DNA of 64,000 nucleotides from Pelagomonas calceolata (taxonomy: Eukaryota), in contig CAKKNE010000003.1 of the NCBI GenBank assembly GCA_918797485.1, positions 3,658,001 through 3,722,000 of the forward strand, given 5' to 3'. Under the pieces are notes generated by a model. The model ran no database searches and had not been told where the DNA came from. It was given only the letters and a program-made list of their open reading frames with translations. A program made the translations under genes and the position numbers. Of this stretch, positions 10,168 to 20,531 are shown one piece after another (the first letter of the stretch is position 1; each line of letters begins with the position of its first letter).

Positions 10168-10884
10168 CTAGTCGTCCTCCTCCATCCACGTCCCCTTCTT
10201 CGCCATGGAGTCCGCGTCCCACGGCAGCGTCACGCAGGCCACTTTTCCCAGAATGGTCCAGCCGTCGTAGGCGTCGTCCATCCTTCGGATGGAGCAGTTG
10301 CCGTTCGCATCGGCGTAGCAGAAGAAGGACCGGTCGCTGAAATCGATTTCGCCCCGGTCGATGATCACGAGGCATTCCTTCTCGTCGATCATCAGTCCGA
10401 GTGAGCCGGACGAGGCCACAATAGCGACGGGATCCAACGCGCCGCAAATGAGATCAGAACCGGGCATCGCCACGACGCCGTACTCGGCACCATGAGCATC
10501 CGGAAAGTCAAATAACCAGAGGCCGTCCTGCTCCGGCGGCTCGGGCGCCATCGGGACCGCGGTCACCTCCGCTTGTGTTAAGCCGGGGTAGATCCCTGCT
10601 ACACGGACGATGCGCGGCCACAGCACGCCGTTATCTAACTGGTCCAAAGGTAAAAAACAAGACGCTTCCCCATGCAACCCTTCCCCGACGCTCTGGACCT
10701 CCGCCTGGGGCGCGGAGGCAAACGGTGACTCGTCGGCCATGGTCAACGCGGTCCCGGCCTCTCCATAACGACTCGTGTCCCAGCCGCCCGCCGGCTCGCT
10801 TCGTAGGATTGTCCTTCGTGGCTGTCTTGCGACGGGCGCTTGGAGCGCGGCGGCGCCGGCGAGGAGTAAGGTGGCGCGCTGCAT
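10168..10884 (-). CDS. Hypothetical protein with bipartite plastid-like presequence
   Basis: 238-aa ORF; signal-like MQRATLLLAGAAAL followed by an Arg-rich transit-like segment and a globular remainder. Confidence 0.7.
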   Translation of the reverse strand: MQRATLLLAGAAALQAPVARQPRRTILRSEPAGGWDTSRYGEAGTALTMADESPFASAPQAEVQSVGEGLHGEASCFLPLDQLDNGVLWPRIVRVAGIYPGLTQAEVTAVPMAPEPPEQDGLWLFDFPDAHGAEYGVVAMPGSDLICGALDPVAIVASSGSLGLMIDEKECLVIIDRGEIDFSDRSFFCYADANGNCSIRRMDDAYDGWTILGKVACVTLPWDADSMAKKGTWMEEDD

Positions 10885-11337
10885 GGTGAATTAGTTTGTG
10901 GGGCTCCCGGAGCGAGTGCTTCACGGCTGCGGGCGCTGCACACACTGTCGTCGCCACACGCTGGCTGGTGTCCGTACAGCGGGACGCGCGTCAATGTGCA
11001 AAGCCCTGGAGCTGTGCGGTAACTCCCGCCAACCCTGGCTAGCTGTGCTGTGTTTTAGCACCGGCCTCGCCCGCAAAAACACTGACATGCAAGCTGAGTT
11101 ATCTAGCGTCGACACACTAGCCCTAATGTCAAGGACATTAGGTCCTATCTCGTCAAGGACCTAGGCAACTCGATGGTAGCTGCCTATGGCAACCGGGGAG
11201 GAATGGGGTCGGACTCGGCGGAGTCCGAGACGAGCTCCGAGACGCGCGCGACAGTAGACGCTCCGTCCACTAGTCCTAGCACCGTAACGAACAATAACCC
11301 GCCAGACGCCATCGCCGCAATAACAATCAAGAGATAA

Positions 11338-12733
11338 TTACGCACACCGGCCCAGCGCAGAAGACACCAGGAACTCGCGGTACGCCAGGGGGCCCTCGCG
11401 CGACGCCCACAATGCCGCCGCGTCCGCCTCCGAGACGTCGAGAGCCTTGCGATACGCGTCCACATCCTTCACCTCGAGCTGCGACGCCTCCACTCTAGAA
11501 ACATAAGCGCGAGCCGCGTCCGTACACCCATCCAAATCCAAACCCAATAAAAGCTTGCAGGTCCGCGTCTCCGGCATGGCCCAGGCCAGGTCATCGGGCG
11601 GCCTTTTATAAAGTTTCCGACACCGTCGCTGCAATCTCTGATCATCATGGGAATGATTGGACAAAAGTACTTGCAAGCACTCGGCAATACTACCACGGAC
11701 CCGACCCGCGAAATCGGAAGGAGTCTCATCAGCTTCCTTGGACGTCACATCCAGGAACTCCACTTCCATGCCGTGATGCAGATCAAAGGTAGCCCGTATG
11801 AAGTGCCAGACCATGTTGCTTGGATCATTCGTAGGGTCATATGAAGAACGATGGTAGCGCACGGCCACGGGCTGCACCGTGTGCCCCAATCGGAACGCGC
11901 CGTCCTTGAACGCCAACACTTGTCTCCCGTCGGACGTCTGGCCCTCGGCGAAGACTAGGAACTGGGGCGCGTCTTTCTCAGACAATTTCGACGTCATGTC
12001 CTGCCCAGCCTTCGCCCTTGATTCTGAGGACGACTTGTCCACGAGCACGAACTCCAAAGCGCGCAGCACGGACGCGACCATGGGGATCGACGCCTGCGTC
12101 GAACGACAGCGTCGCGAATCTGCCTCCGTTCACTCGCGAGACGCGTAGATTGTCATGCGGCCGCGTCGACGGCGTCGCGGTGGCGTGGCCGACGCCATCG
12201 ACGCGAACTTGAAGTTCGGAAACGGTCAGAAACAGACGCTGAGTCACCACTGTTTCGATCTCCGCCATGCCACACGGCGTCAGGATCGAAGTGAGGTAAA
12301 AAGTTTCCACAAATGAGACGTGATTGGAGCAGATGATTTTGGCTTCCGGCGATGGTTTTCCGGTCTGTTGGATGTAGTGGTAGCCTAAGCAGAAGAGGCC
12401 CGCTCGGATGCCTCTCATGGCTATCGCGAGGAGACAGCGGCGGCCGCAGGACCGCGCCGGCAAGCACGCCGCCAGGGCGGCCGTGCAGCCCGTCGAGGTG
12501 AACACGACGATGAAGAGCACGATGCGCGTCAGGGCTAGCGGGAGGATGAGCAGCGTGTAGAGCGACCGGAGCGGAGTGCCACATAAAGGCGTGCTCCGGT
12601 TCCTGAGAGAATCTCGCTCGTTATCTTTCAACGGAAAGGCGCCGCTCTTGACGGCCTCGAGGACTTCTTCTCGTGTCTTCGTAGGTGCCGAGGCGGCGGC
12701 TCGCGACGGTGCGGCGCCGACAGGCATTGGCAT
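11338..12733 (-). CDS. Lysophospholipid acyltransferase (LPCAT/LPEAT-like, PlsC family), 2 exons (intron 12094-12250)
   Basis: CSNHVSFVE, VFAEGQTSDG, FKDGAF, VQPVAVRY; splice gives EIET|ASIPMV. Confidence 0.85.
12094..12250 (-). mobile_element. Introner-like intron, family C
   Basis: Start GTGGTGACTCAGCGTCT and internal GACGCCGTCGACGCGGCCGCATGA shared with 58949-59104. Confidence 0.65.
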
Positions 12734-13242
12734 TCGCCTCGACGGCGTGCGGAGCAGCTGCAAAAGTGCGTGGTATTCGTGTCGTAGAGCGATGCGATTA
12801 GCTAGCACCTTCGTCGCGCCGCAGGGCTGCCCACGAGTTTGGACTGTTGGCAGCCCAAATCCGAGCGTGCGGGGGGTTTGGAGCTTTCCCTCCGGTAGGG
12901 ATGCGGTGCAACCAGGCGTTTGAATGAAGGCGTGTGGGGAGTTGTTCACGCGTGCGCTAGTGTGTGTCGACGCTAGGTTAATCACACAGCCTGGCAATCG
13001 GGCGATTTTAGCACTGCACGCGCACGCACGGTCATTCTGGCATTGCGTGCATCGAACTGCTAGCCTAGGTCTACGCTGCCGCGGCGAACCACAGCTTCGC
13101 GCTTCTCACTGCGCAAGACAGCCTCACTGCAGCAGCAGCTTGCACAGGCGGCGCCGGGCTAAGTCGACGCTGTCGCAGCGCAACAACAGCGCACAGAACA
13201 GCAACAGCCTCACTGCAGCAGTAGCGCCGTGCCGCAGCAGCC

Positions 13243-14226
13243 ATGGCCGAAGCGCCGGCGCCCGCGCCCAGCGCCGAGGATGAATTAGCCACGAAAATAT
13301 TAAGGCAGGTCGAGTACTACTTCTCCGACGACTCGTACCCATTCGACGACTACATAAAGAGCCAAGAGACCGATGGCTGGACGCCGCTGGCCACGATCGC
13401 GGCCTTCAAGAAGATGGTCTCGTATACCACTGATTTGGACGTCATCCGCAGTGCCCTCAAAGCGTCGGACGCCCTCGACCTCGATGATAGTGGAGAGAAC
13501 CTGAAACGGCGCTATGTCACGCCCGACCAGGACCCGCACAAGGAACGCATAGTGCACGCGTCGGGCTTTGGCGTCGACGGCGGCAAGGAAGCCGTCGAGA
13601 CGAATATAGGGAAGGCCCTGGAGCGCTTCGGGAGCGTGGAGGACGTCCGCGCTCTTAGGAATTTGTCCCAGGATGGACGATTGTTGGATGGGAGCGCCTT
13701 CGTGCGCTTCGCCAAAAAGGAGGACGCCGAGAGCGCGGTCGAGATGTCGGGCTGCGTCATTTCCGGACGGAAGATCGGGCTCATGACTTCTGTGGACTGG
13801 TTCACGCGACTGGAGAAGAAGCGCGCGTCCATGAAGAAGAAGCGCGAGGAGAAGGACAAAAGGCCGCCGGTACCGAAGAAGGAAAATATTCCGGGCTGCG
13901 TCTTGCGGTTTGAGAAGTTGGAAAGTGTCCCGGAGTGCTCCCGGGAGGACCTTCGCAGTTGCTGCGAGAAGGCCGGCGGTCAGGTGAAGTACGTCGAGTT
14001 TTCGCGCGGCGACGCGGTGGGACACGTGCGGCTCGGCGCGCCGGGCATCCTCGAGAAGCTGACGTCTGAGCCGTCCATCAAGGATACGAAGGTCACTGCT
14101 TCTGTTCTCGATGGAGACGCCGAGAAGGACTACTACGCGCGCCTCGAGGAGACGGCCGCCGCGTCGCGGAAGCGGGGCGGCGGACGGCGGGGCGGTGGGA
14201 GGCGGGGCAAGCGCCAGCGCAACTAA
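13243..14226 (+). CDS. La (SS-B) RNA-binding protein: La motif, RRM and xRRM
   Basis: ILRQVEYYFSD..DGW..L.TIAAFKKM; GSAFVRF; basic C-terminus. Confidence 0.9.
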   Translation: MAEAPAPAPSAEDELATKILRQVEYYFSDDSYPFDDYIKSQETDGWTPLATIAAFKKMVSYTTDLDVIRSALKASDALDLDDSGENLKRRYVTPDQDPHKERIVHASGFGVDGGKEAVETNIGKALERFGSVEDVRALRNLSQDGRLLDGSAFVRFAKKEDAESAVEMSGCVISGRKIGLMTSVDWFTRLEKKRASMKKKREEKDKRPPVPKKENIPGCVLRFEKLESVPECSREDLRSCCEKAGGQVKYVEFSRGDAVGHVRLGAPGILEKLTSEPSIKDTKVTASVLDGDAEKDYYARLEETAAASRKRGGGRRGGGRRGKRQRN

Positions 14227-14233
14227 AACATTC

Positions 14234-15885
14234 TTACTTGAAGATACCATCGAGTAGAGGGTTCGACAGTAACCTTTGGGGATCATAGGTCGCGCGAGCG
14301 TCCGCGAAGTGCGTCAGCGCGTCATCACCCAGGCGCTTCTTCAACCGCTCCTGGACGCGCGCGTCGCCCTCGACCTTCGCCCAGTGCTCGAGGGCACCAT
14401 AAACAGGCCAGAGGTCGCTTTCGCACCTCCCCTTGTACTGCCGGAACGCGTCGCCGATGCTCTTCCGCACGCGCTCGTCGTCGGAGGGTAGGTACCTGCG
14501 AGAGACAACCTCTGATGGAGCCGAGGCGCGTCGATGGCGTGAGAGAGACGCCGTTTACGGTACATGATAATCCCGACCCAGCTAAAGAGCGCGTCCTCCG
14601 TCGTCGACCGCGCCGGGGACAAGAGAGAGGAAGAACCGGCCGTCCAGCGCTGCTCTATCGGTGCTGGGGCGGGAATACCTTCACTTTCAATAATGTCGAG
14701 CAGTCTCAGCATGTAGCGCATGTCCTTCCCGTCCGGTGCTGACCGCGTGCCGGCGGGGAAGCAGCACTCGTTGACCCACTGCTGGCCGCCACATTCAAAA
14801 TTCAGTTTCGTGGACGAGTCGCCGACGTGCGTCCCTTGCGACCGCCTCCAGAACTCCGCCTCCGCTCTATTGATCTTCTTCACATGTTCTAGGTCGAGCG
14901 GCTTGACGGCTAGGAGCGCGTCGCGCAATTCCGCAAATCCTAGACCCTCTCCATCGTCGCCACTCACGTCTTTCAACAACGACCGGAAGGGCTCGAGGCG
15001 ATACTCCATGTCATGCCTAGGTTCGTAGCCCTGGCCCGCGCCCAAGACGCCGTCGACCGTCGGGTTATTGGACACGACCACCACAGCATCGGCGAACGGG
15101 ATCCACATGAACCGCACATGCCTATTATCTTGTATGAGTTCCGCGTGTCTCTGTATAACCTCCTGCCTCGTCAGAACTTGCGTCCTTTCCCGCAGCAGAT
15201 GCTTGGGAACACATCGTAATGTCAAAGTCAAAGTGACACCTAGTAATCCAAGAGAACAGGGAAACGCATGAAAGTCCGCATCTCCACGTTTTTTTGTGAC
15301 GACGCCCTGACCAGGAGTGGCGACGGTCATCTCCAGAACATGCTCGTCGACGGGCGGCAGACACGCCCCCGTCCCGTGCGCGCCGGCGCCCACGAAGCCG
15401 CCGACTTGTTGCGCCGCGATCGAGGCCAAATTCTCGAGCGTCAAATTGTGGGGCTCGAGAGCTTCGAGCACCTGCTCGACGCGACACCCGGCCTCGACGG
15501 TGACTGTTCTGTTTTCGACATCCACATTTAACACCTTATCTAACAGAGCCAGGTTGATGAGGGAAGACCCGTCCTCCGCGAACGCGAGGCCGTTCGGCGA
15601 CAGGGCCCCTCCCACCGGCCGGATCCGCTCGTTCCTTGATGCATGCTCGGCCACGATCTGTATCGCTTCGTGGCGCGTCTCGGGCGTCTTCACATGCACC
15701 GAACAGGCGTGCGTGCCGGACCAGTTGACGACGTTTTCTAGCTCGTCCTCTTCTGCTTTTGTTTGTGTCGCGAGGAGCAGCGCCGCCGCCGCGGCGAGCG
15801 GCGTCCAATTCGAGGGTCCGGACGCGGCGGTCGTGCGCGCATGGCGCAGCGGCGCCGCGCGCGCGACGCGGAGCAGCAGGAGCAT
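14234..15885 (-). CDS. GLDH: L-galactono-1,4-lactone dehydrogenase (mitochondrial FAD oxidoreductase), 2 exons (intron 14496-14563)
   Basis: NWSGTH, PVGGALSPNG, GAHGTGA, FECGGQQWV, PAPAPIEQRWT, SWVGIIM|YLP, HWAKVE, DPQRLLSN. Confidence 0.92.
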
Positions 15886-16515
15886 GACGAATGCGTCGAC
15901 GGCGTACCCGCGTGCAGCCTGCAGCAGCTCGTGCGTTGACTGCGCGCAGCGATTCTCTGGCGTTTTCTTCTCCTGGGCGTTGCTGCACCAATGGATGAGT
16001 GCGTTTTAATGCAAAACCTCGCACGTTGACGATTTTTGCAGAGCATTCAACAACGACGCAGACAAGCATGCTTGCTAGTGTCTTACAGCTCTAGCCCGGC
16101 GCCAACTCAGCGCAAAGGACGATCCCACCGAGATATAGACGACGGAGGCCTCTTCTATTCAAGTAAAGTCCCCCGGCAGCGCGCGCGTCGGCGGGTGACG
16201 CGCGGAGTCCCTCGTTATACGACGGCGCCTTCCGGTCCTTGCCGTCCTTAGGTTATCTTTCGCGTCGATGGCGCCTGGCTGCACCTAAGTTCGCTGTTCT
16301 CGTTATCCGGATATTGAGCTAGTTATAACCCACTAGGCATCCCTAGATCATGAAGTAGCGCTTGCGCAGTGTGGTTTTGGTGCTGGGCAGTGTGGCGGCA
16401 GCCGGTGGGACCAGCCGGCGCGGAGATCCTGGTGGCCTTGGGGCGTTGAGAACTTGGCAAGGGTTCTGGTGGCCCTTGTTGGGCAGCCCAAGGGACCAGC
16501 GGCGGCTAGGAGGCC

Positions 16516-18405
16516 ATGGCCTTCCCCGCTCTGAGGCGCGCTTTGGTGGCGGTCGCGCTGTGTCGCGTCGTGGACGGCTGTGACTGCTGGGGGTGGTGGA
16601 CCTGCACCTGCTCTTGGAATTTTTGCACCTGCGCCGCAGCGCCGGCGCCGGCGCCCGCGCCCGCACCGGCGCCGGCTCCGGCGCCAGCCCCGGCGCCGGC
16701 GCCAGCCCCGGCCCCGGCGCCGGGCGACGACAACTCGGGTTCGGTCGGGGCGACCAGCGGCTCCTTCGTGTACGTCGATCAAGCGAAGAGCTTCGACGAC
16801 GCGCGCGCGTACTGCCGCGCGAACTATCACGACCTCGCGTCGATCCACAGCTCCAGCGAGAATGCGGTAGTAGCGGCGCTTTGTCCCGGTGAATCATGCT
16901 GGATCGGGGGCTCCGACGCGGCCCAAGAGGGCACGTGGACCTGGTCGGACGGCACGGCGTGGGACTACGAGACCTGGAGAAGCAATCAGCCCGATAATTG
17001 GAATAATGATGAAGACTGTCTACAAATTAGATCCGATGACAAGTGGAACGACGGTAGTTGCAATGCCGATGATGATCAACCGTTCGTGTGCGAGACGCAG
17101 GTGGCGGCTGATTACGCTCAATGCATGCAGTGGTTCGGCAGCACCGAGTACGGTGGCGGATACGACCATTGCTGTTTCCGCCTTGACAACAACGCGCTCA
17201 CGTGCCCGACGTGGGAGTCACGCTGCTCGGATCTAGTCAGCGGCGAGGCAGACTACGCTCAATGCATGCGATGGGCTGGCAGCACCGCGTACGGTGGGAA
17301 ATACGACCATTGCTGTTTCCGCCTTGACGACAACGGGCTCACGTGCCCGACATGGGAGTCGCGATGTGAGGCGCTCACGCTGGTCCGGGTCCCGGCGCCG
17401 GGCGACGGCGGCGGCGGCGGCAAAAAGAAGGGCGGCGGCAGCGCCGCCGCCGGCGCCATCGTAATGGGGGTCGGCTTCGCCATCTTCTTAGGCTGCTGCC
17501 TGGCGGCGGTGCTGGCGGAGCAGTGCCGCAAGCGCGCGGCGGAGCGCGACCAGGTCGCGCCGGCGCCGGCGCCCCGGGTCGAGCTCCCACCGCGGTGCGC
17601 GCGGCCGGCGGCCGCGCAGCGCCCGCGCGGCCTGAGGATCGAAAGCGTGGCGGCGACGGAGGCCACCCTCGCGTGGGAGCAGGGCTCCGCGGTGAGCTTC
17701 GAGGTGCAGTGGCGCAGGACCGGGGGCGCCTGGCAGCCGGGCGCGACCGTCAGGAGGAGCAAGGCGCGCGTGACCGATCTGGACGCCGGCGGCGCCTACG
17801 CGTTTCGCGTGCGCGCCTTCGGCGGCGACTGGTCGTACGAGGTCTCGGCGCGGCTGGCGGCACCGGCACCTCGCGCGCGGCCGGCGGCCGCGCAGCGCCC
17901 GCGCGGCCTGAGGATCGAAAGCGTGGCGGCGACGGAGGTCACGCTCGCGTGGGAGCAGGGCTCCGCGCAGAGCTTCGAGGTGCAGTGGCGCAGGACCGGG
18001 GGCGCCTGGCACCCCCGGTGCCTACGCGTCAGGAGGAGCAGGGCGCGCGTGAGCGATCTGGACGCCGGCGGCGCCTACGCGTTTCGCGTGCGCGCCGACG
18101 GCGGCGACTGGTCGTACGAGGTCTCGGCGCGGCTGGCCGCACCGGCGCCGACGCCGGAGCCCCGGGCCGAGCCCGCGCCCCGGGCCGAGCCCGCGCCAGA
18201 GCGTTCGAGCGAAACAGACGAGTGCCCCGTCTGCCTCGAGCGGGCGCGCGATACCGCGTTCATGCCGTGCGGGCACCGGGTCTGCGCCGAATGCGCCCGC
18301 ACACTCTCCGGGACGGCCTGGAGAGGATCGGGGCCGAGGGGCGATAGTGAGTCCCGGTGCCCCGTCTGCCGCCAGCCGTTCACCGGGACTCTCCGGCTCT
18401 TCTGA
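16516..18405 (+). CDS. Type I membrane protein: signal peptide, (AP)n stalk, C-type lectin, 2 Cys-rich repeats, TM, 2 FN3-like repeats, C3HC4 RING
   Basis: CTL: ARAYC..LASIHS..WIGG..WSDG..QPDN..EDC..WND..C; TM AIVMGVGFAIFLGCCLAAVL; RING CPVCLE...PCGHRVCAEC...CPVCR. Confidence 0.85.
   Translation: MAFPALRRALVAVALCRVVDGCDCWGWWTCTCSWNFCTCAAAPAPAPAPAPAPAPAPAPAPAPAPAPAPGDDNSGSVGATSGSFVYVDQAKSFDDARAYCRANYHDLASIHSSSENAVVAALCPGESCWIGGSDAAQEGTWTWSDGTAWDYETWRSNQPDNWNNDEDCLQIRSDDKWNDGSCNADDDQPFVCETQVAADYAQCMQWFGSTEYGGGYDHCCFRLDNNALTCPTWESRCSDLVSGEADYAQCMRWAGSTAYGGKYDHCCFRLDDNGLTCPTWESRCEALTLVRVPAPGDGGGGGKKKGGGSAAAGAIVMGVGFAIFLGCCLAAVLAEQCRKRAAERDQVAPAPAPRVELPPRCARPAAAQRPRGLRIESVAATEATLAWEQGSAVSFEVQWRRTGGAWQPGATVRRSKARVTDLDAGGAYAFRVRAFGGDWSYEVSARLAAPAPRARPAAAQRPRGLRIESVAATEVTLAWEQGSAQSFEVQWRRTGGAWHPRCLRVRRSRARVSDLDAGGAYAFRVRADGGDWSYEVSARLAAPAPTPEPRAEPAPRAEPAPERSSETDECPVCLERARDTAFMPCGHRVCAECARTLSGTAWRGSGPRGDSESRCPVCRQPFTGTLRLF
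16637..16722 (+). repeat. (Ala-Pro)n coding hexanucleotide repeat
   Basis: GCGCCG-type tandem units. Confidence 0.9.
17107..17367 (+). repeat. Two-copy Cys-rich coding repeat, period 141 nt
   Basis: ADYAQCMxWxGSTxYGGxYDHCCFRLDxNxLTCPTWESRC twice. Confidence 0.9.
17599..18148 (+). repeat. Two-copy FN3-like coding repeat, period 276 nt
   Basis: Near-identical DNA copies starting at 17599 and 17875. Confidence 0.9.
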
Positions 18406-18497
18406 CCCCTACACCTCCGACCGACCTTTCCGTTATTTCGTCTGAATATCGCCCCCTTAATACTTGAACCGTTCAGTGCCCGAGAACATTAAATAAG

Positions 18498-20531
18498 TTA
18501 CGCGGCGTCGCGCCAGGATTCCGCAAGCGCGCGCTCGACCATGGCCTCCTCCTCGGCCGCCGACGTCGGCGGCACTAGCGGCCCCGCCGACGAGCCCTCC
18601 CCCTCGAAGGACGCCGCGAGCTGGGCCGATTGGCGCGAGGAGACGGCGAGCTGGTACTGATCCTCGGCCGCGAGCTGGAGCGCGAGGGCCTCGTCGTCGG
18701 CGGTGGGCGCGGAGGCTCCGGAGAGCGGCGCGCCGGCGTCGAAGAGGAACGCCGCGACGTGGGCTTGGTCGTCGCCGCCGGGAGACGTCACGCCGCCGAG
18801 CTTCTCGAGGAGCTCGTCGGCGCACCGCTGGCGGTTGTAGAGGGCGTGGCCGTCGAGGCCCTCGCGGCCCGTGAGCATCTTGCGGTGGCAGAGCTGCAAC
18901 TCGCAGACGTGCTGCGTCCTGTCAGCCCGGAGCACCAGGTTCACCATGACGTCCCTCCACTTCGAGGGCGGCGGATGGTTGATGCGGTCCTTGACGCGGA
19001 CGACCGTCACTTCCTTCGATTCTTCGAGGCGTCTAAGGAGGTCCGTCAAATCCTCGAGCGTGTCACAAATTATCATGTCGCGGACGACGTCGCAGACGCG
19101 GGACGTGTCGCGCGGCGCCTCGGGCTGCAGGGCGCACTTTTCGACGATGCGCGAGGCCGACTTGAGCGGCGGGCGCTTGCGCTCGACGCGGCGGCCCGCC
19201 GCGGTGGCCGCGGCAACGAGGGCGCCGACCGCGGCGTCGAACGCGGGCGCCGCCGCGGCCGCGTCGACGAGCAGCGGCACGACGCGCGTCGCACGCTGCC
19301 TGATCGGCGTCGCCGCGCCCGGAAACGACCGCACCGCCGCGTCGTACCGGGCCTTGGCGTCGCGCTCGGACTCGGCGACGGTCGCGAAGATGGACTCGTA
19401 GACGCCCGCGAAGAACGCCGTCGCCTGCGCCGACACCTCGCGGAACGTGTCGGCGCCGACGGCTGCGACCTCCGCGGCGATGGCGGCGTCGACCCGCGCG
19501 GCGAGGTGCGGGCACTCGCGCTCCAGCGCGGCGGTCTCGGGCAGCTCCTGCTGCGCCCGGTTCGCGAAGTGGTAGTCGGCGGCGAGCTCGGGGCGTTTGG
19601 CGAACTGGACGAAGCGCCGGAGCGCGCCGTCGGGCATGGGCGCGTCGACGCGGCCGCTGGCCGCGGCGCGCAGCTCCTCCGCGCGCCGCCGCGCCGCCGC
19701 CGCGTCCGCGTCGTCCGGCGCGACGCCGAGCGCGAAGGCGTAGTCGAGGTGGTCGTAGAGCTCCTTGAGCGGCGTCGCGGCGGCGGCCGTAAGCTTCCGG
19801 AGCTTCGCCCGCGCCGCGCCCACGGCCTTCGAGTGCTCCTGGTCCAGGCGGGACTCCGTTCGCCGCAGTCTCCGCATCCGCGCCTGGTGGAGCGCGATGC
19901 CGTACCGCGGCGCCTGGTCGAGCCACGCGCGGCACGCGTCGGCGACCTGGTGGAGCGCCTCGCTTTTTATGGAATTGAGGCCCAGGTCCCGCAGCACCGC
20001 CTCCGGCTCCGCCGCGGTCGCGAGGTCCGCGCCCGTGACCCCGGCGCGCTCGAAGGCCGTGGTGACTTTCGTGGCCGTGCGCGCGTCGAGCAGCCCCCCT
20101 CCAAATTCTTCGCGCACCTGCTGCAGGAGCTGCTCCGCGGTCCACTCGTTGACCGGCCGGCCCTTGCGGTCGGCCAACTTTTTGCAGTGGGCGCGGTGGA
20201 GCGCCAGGACCTGGTCGAACGCGGCGCGAACGGCCCGGCGTTCCCGGAAGCCGGGCGGCACGCCGCGCGCGTCCATGAGCGCGCCGACCGCGTCGGCCTC
20301 GACGCCGTCGCCGTCGCAGGCCGCGACGAGGGCCGCGCCCGTCGTCCGCGAGAAGCGGGCGACGGTGCGGTCGTCGACCTTGTTCGCGCGCAGGTGGAGC
20401 GCGAGCGCCGCGGCCGTCCAGTACCGCGGCGGCCGCGTCTTGCTGGCCTTGGCCGCGTCCTCCGCGTGCACGCGCCGCTGCCGGTGGCGGTCGCCGCAGG
20501 CCTTGACGCAGGCCCGGCAGGCCTTGATCAT
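18498..20531 (-). CDS. SAM-like + RelA/SpoT-type nucleotidyltransferase-like domain + 2 UIM-like motifs; start uncertain
   Basis: LKSASRIVEK...DVVRDMI...VRVKDR...WRDVMVN...HVCELQ; VNEWTAEQL...FERAGVTGADL; DDEALALQLAAED and EEEAMVERALAES. Confidence 0.7.
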   Translation of the reverse strand: MIKACRACVKACGDRHRQRRVHAEDAAKASKTRPPRYWTAAALALHLRANKVDDRTVARFSRTTGAALVAACDGDGVEADAVGALMDARGVPPGFRERRAVRAAFDQVLALHRAHCKKLADRKGRPVNEWTAEQLLQQVREEFGGGLLDARTATKVTTAFERAGVTGADLATAAEPEAVLRDLGLNSIKSEALHQVADACRAWLDQAPRYGIALHQARMRRLRRTESRLDQEHSKAVGAARAKLRKLTAAAATPLKELYDHLDYAFALGVAPDDADAAAARRRAEELRAAASGRVDAPMPDGALRRFVQFAKRPELAADYHFANRAQQELPETAALERECPHLAARVDAAIAAEVAAVGADTFREVSAQATAFFAGVYESIFATVAESERDAKARYDAAVRSFPGAATPIRQRATRVVPLLVDAAAAAPAFDAAVGALVAAATAAGRRVERKRPPLKSASRIVEKCALQPEAPRDTSRVCDVVRDMIICDTLEDLTDLLRRLEESKEVTVVRVKDRINHPPPSKWRDVMVNLVLRADRTQHVCELQLCHRKMLTGREGLDGHALYNRQRCADELLEKLGGVTSPGGDDQAHVAAFLFDAGAPLSGASAPTADDEALALQLAAEDQYQLAVSSRQSAQLAASFEGEGSSAGPLVPPTSAAEEEAMVERALAESWRDAA

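Noticed and set aside
11184..11337. Possible extra LPCAT 3' exon with a TM segment
   Set aside because: No convincing intron; the main ORF ends cleanly at 11338
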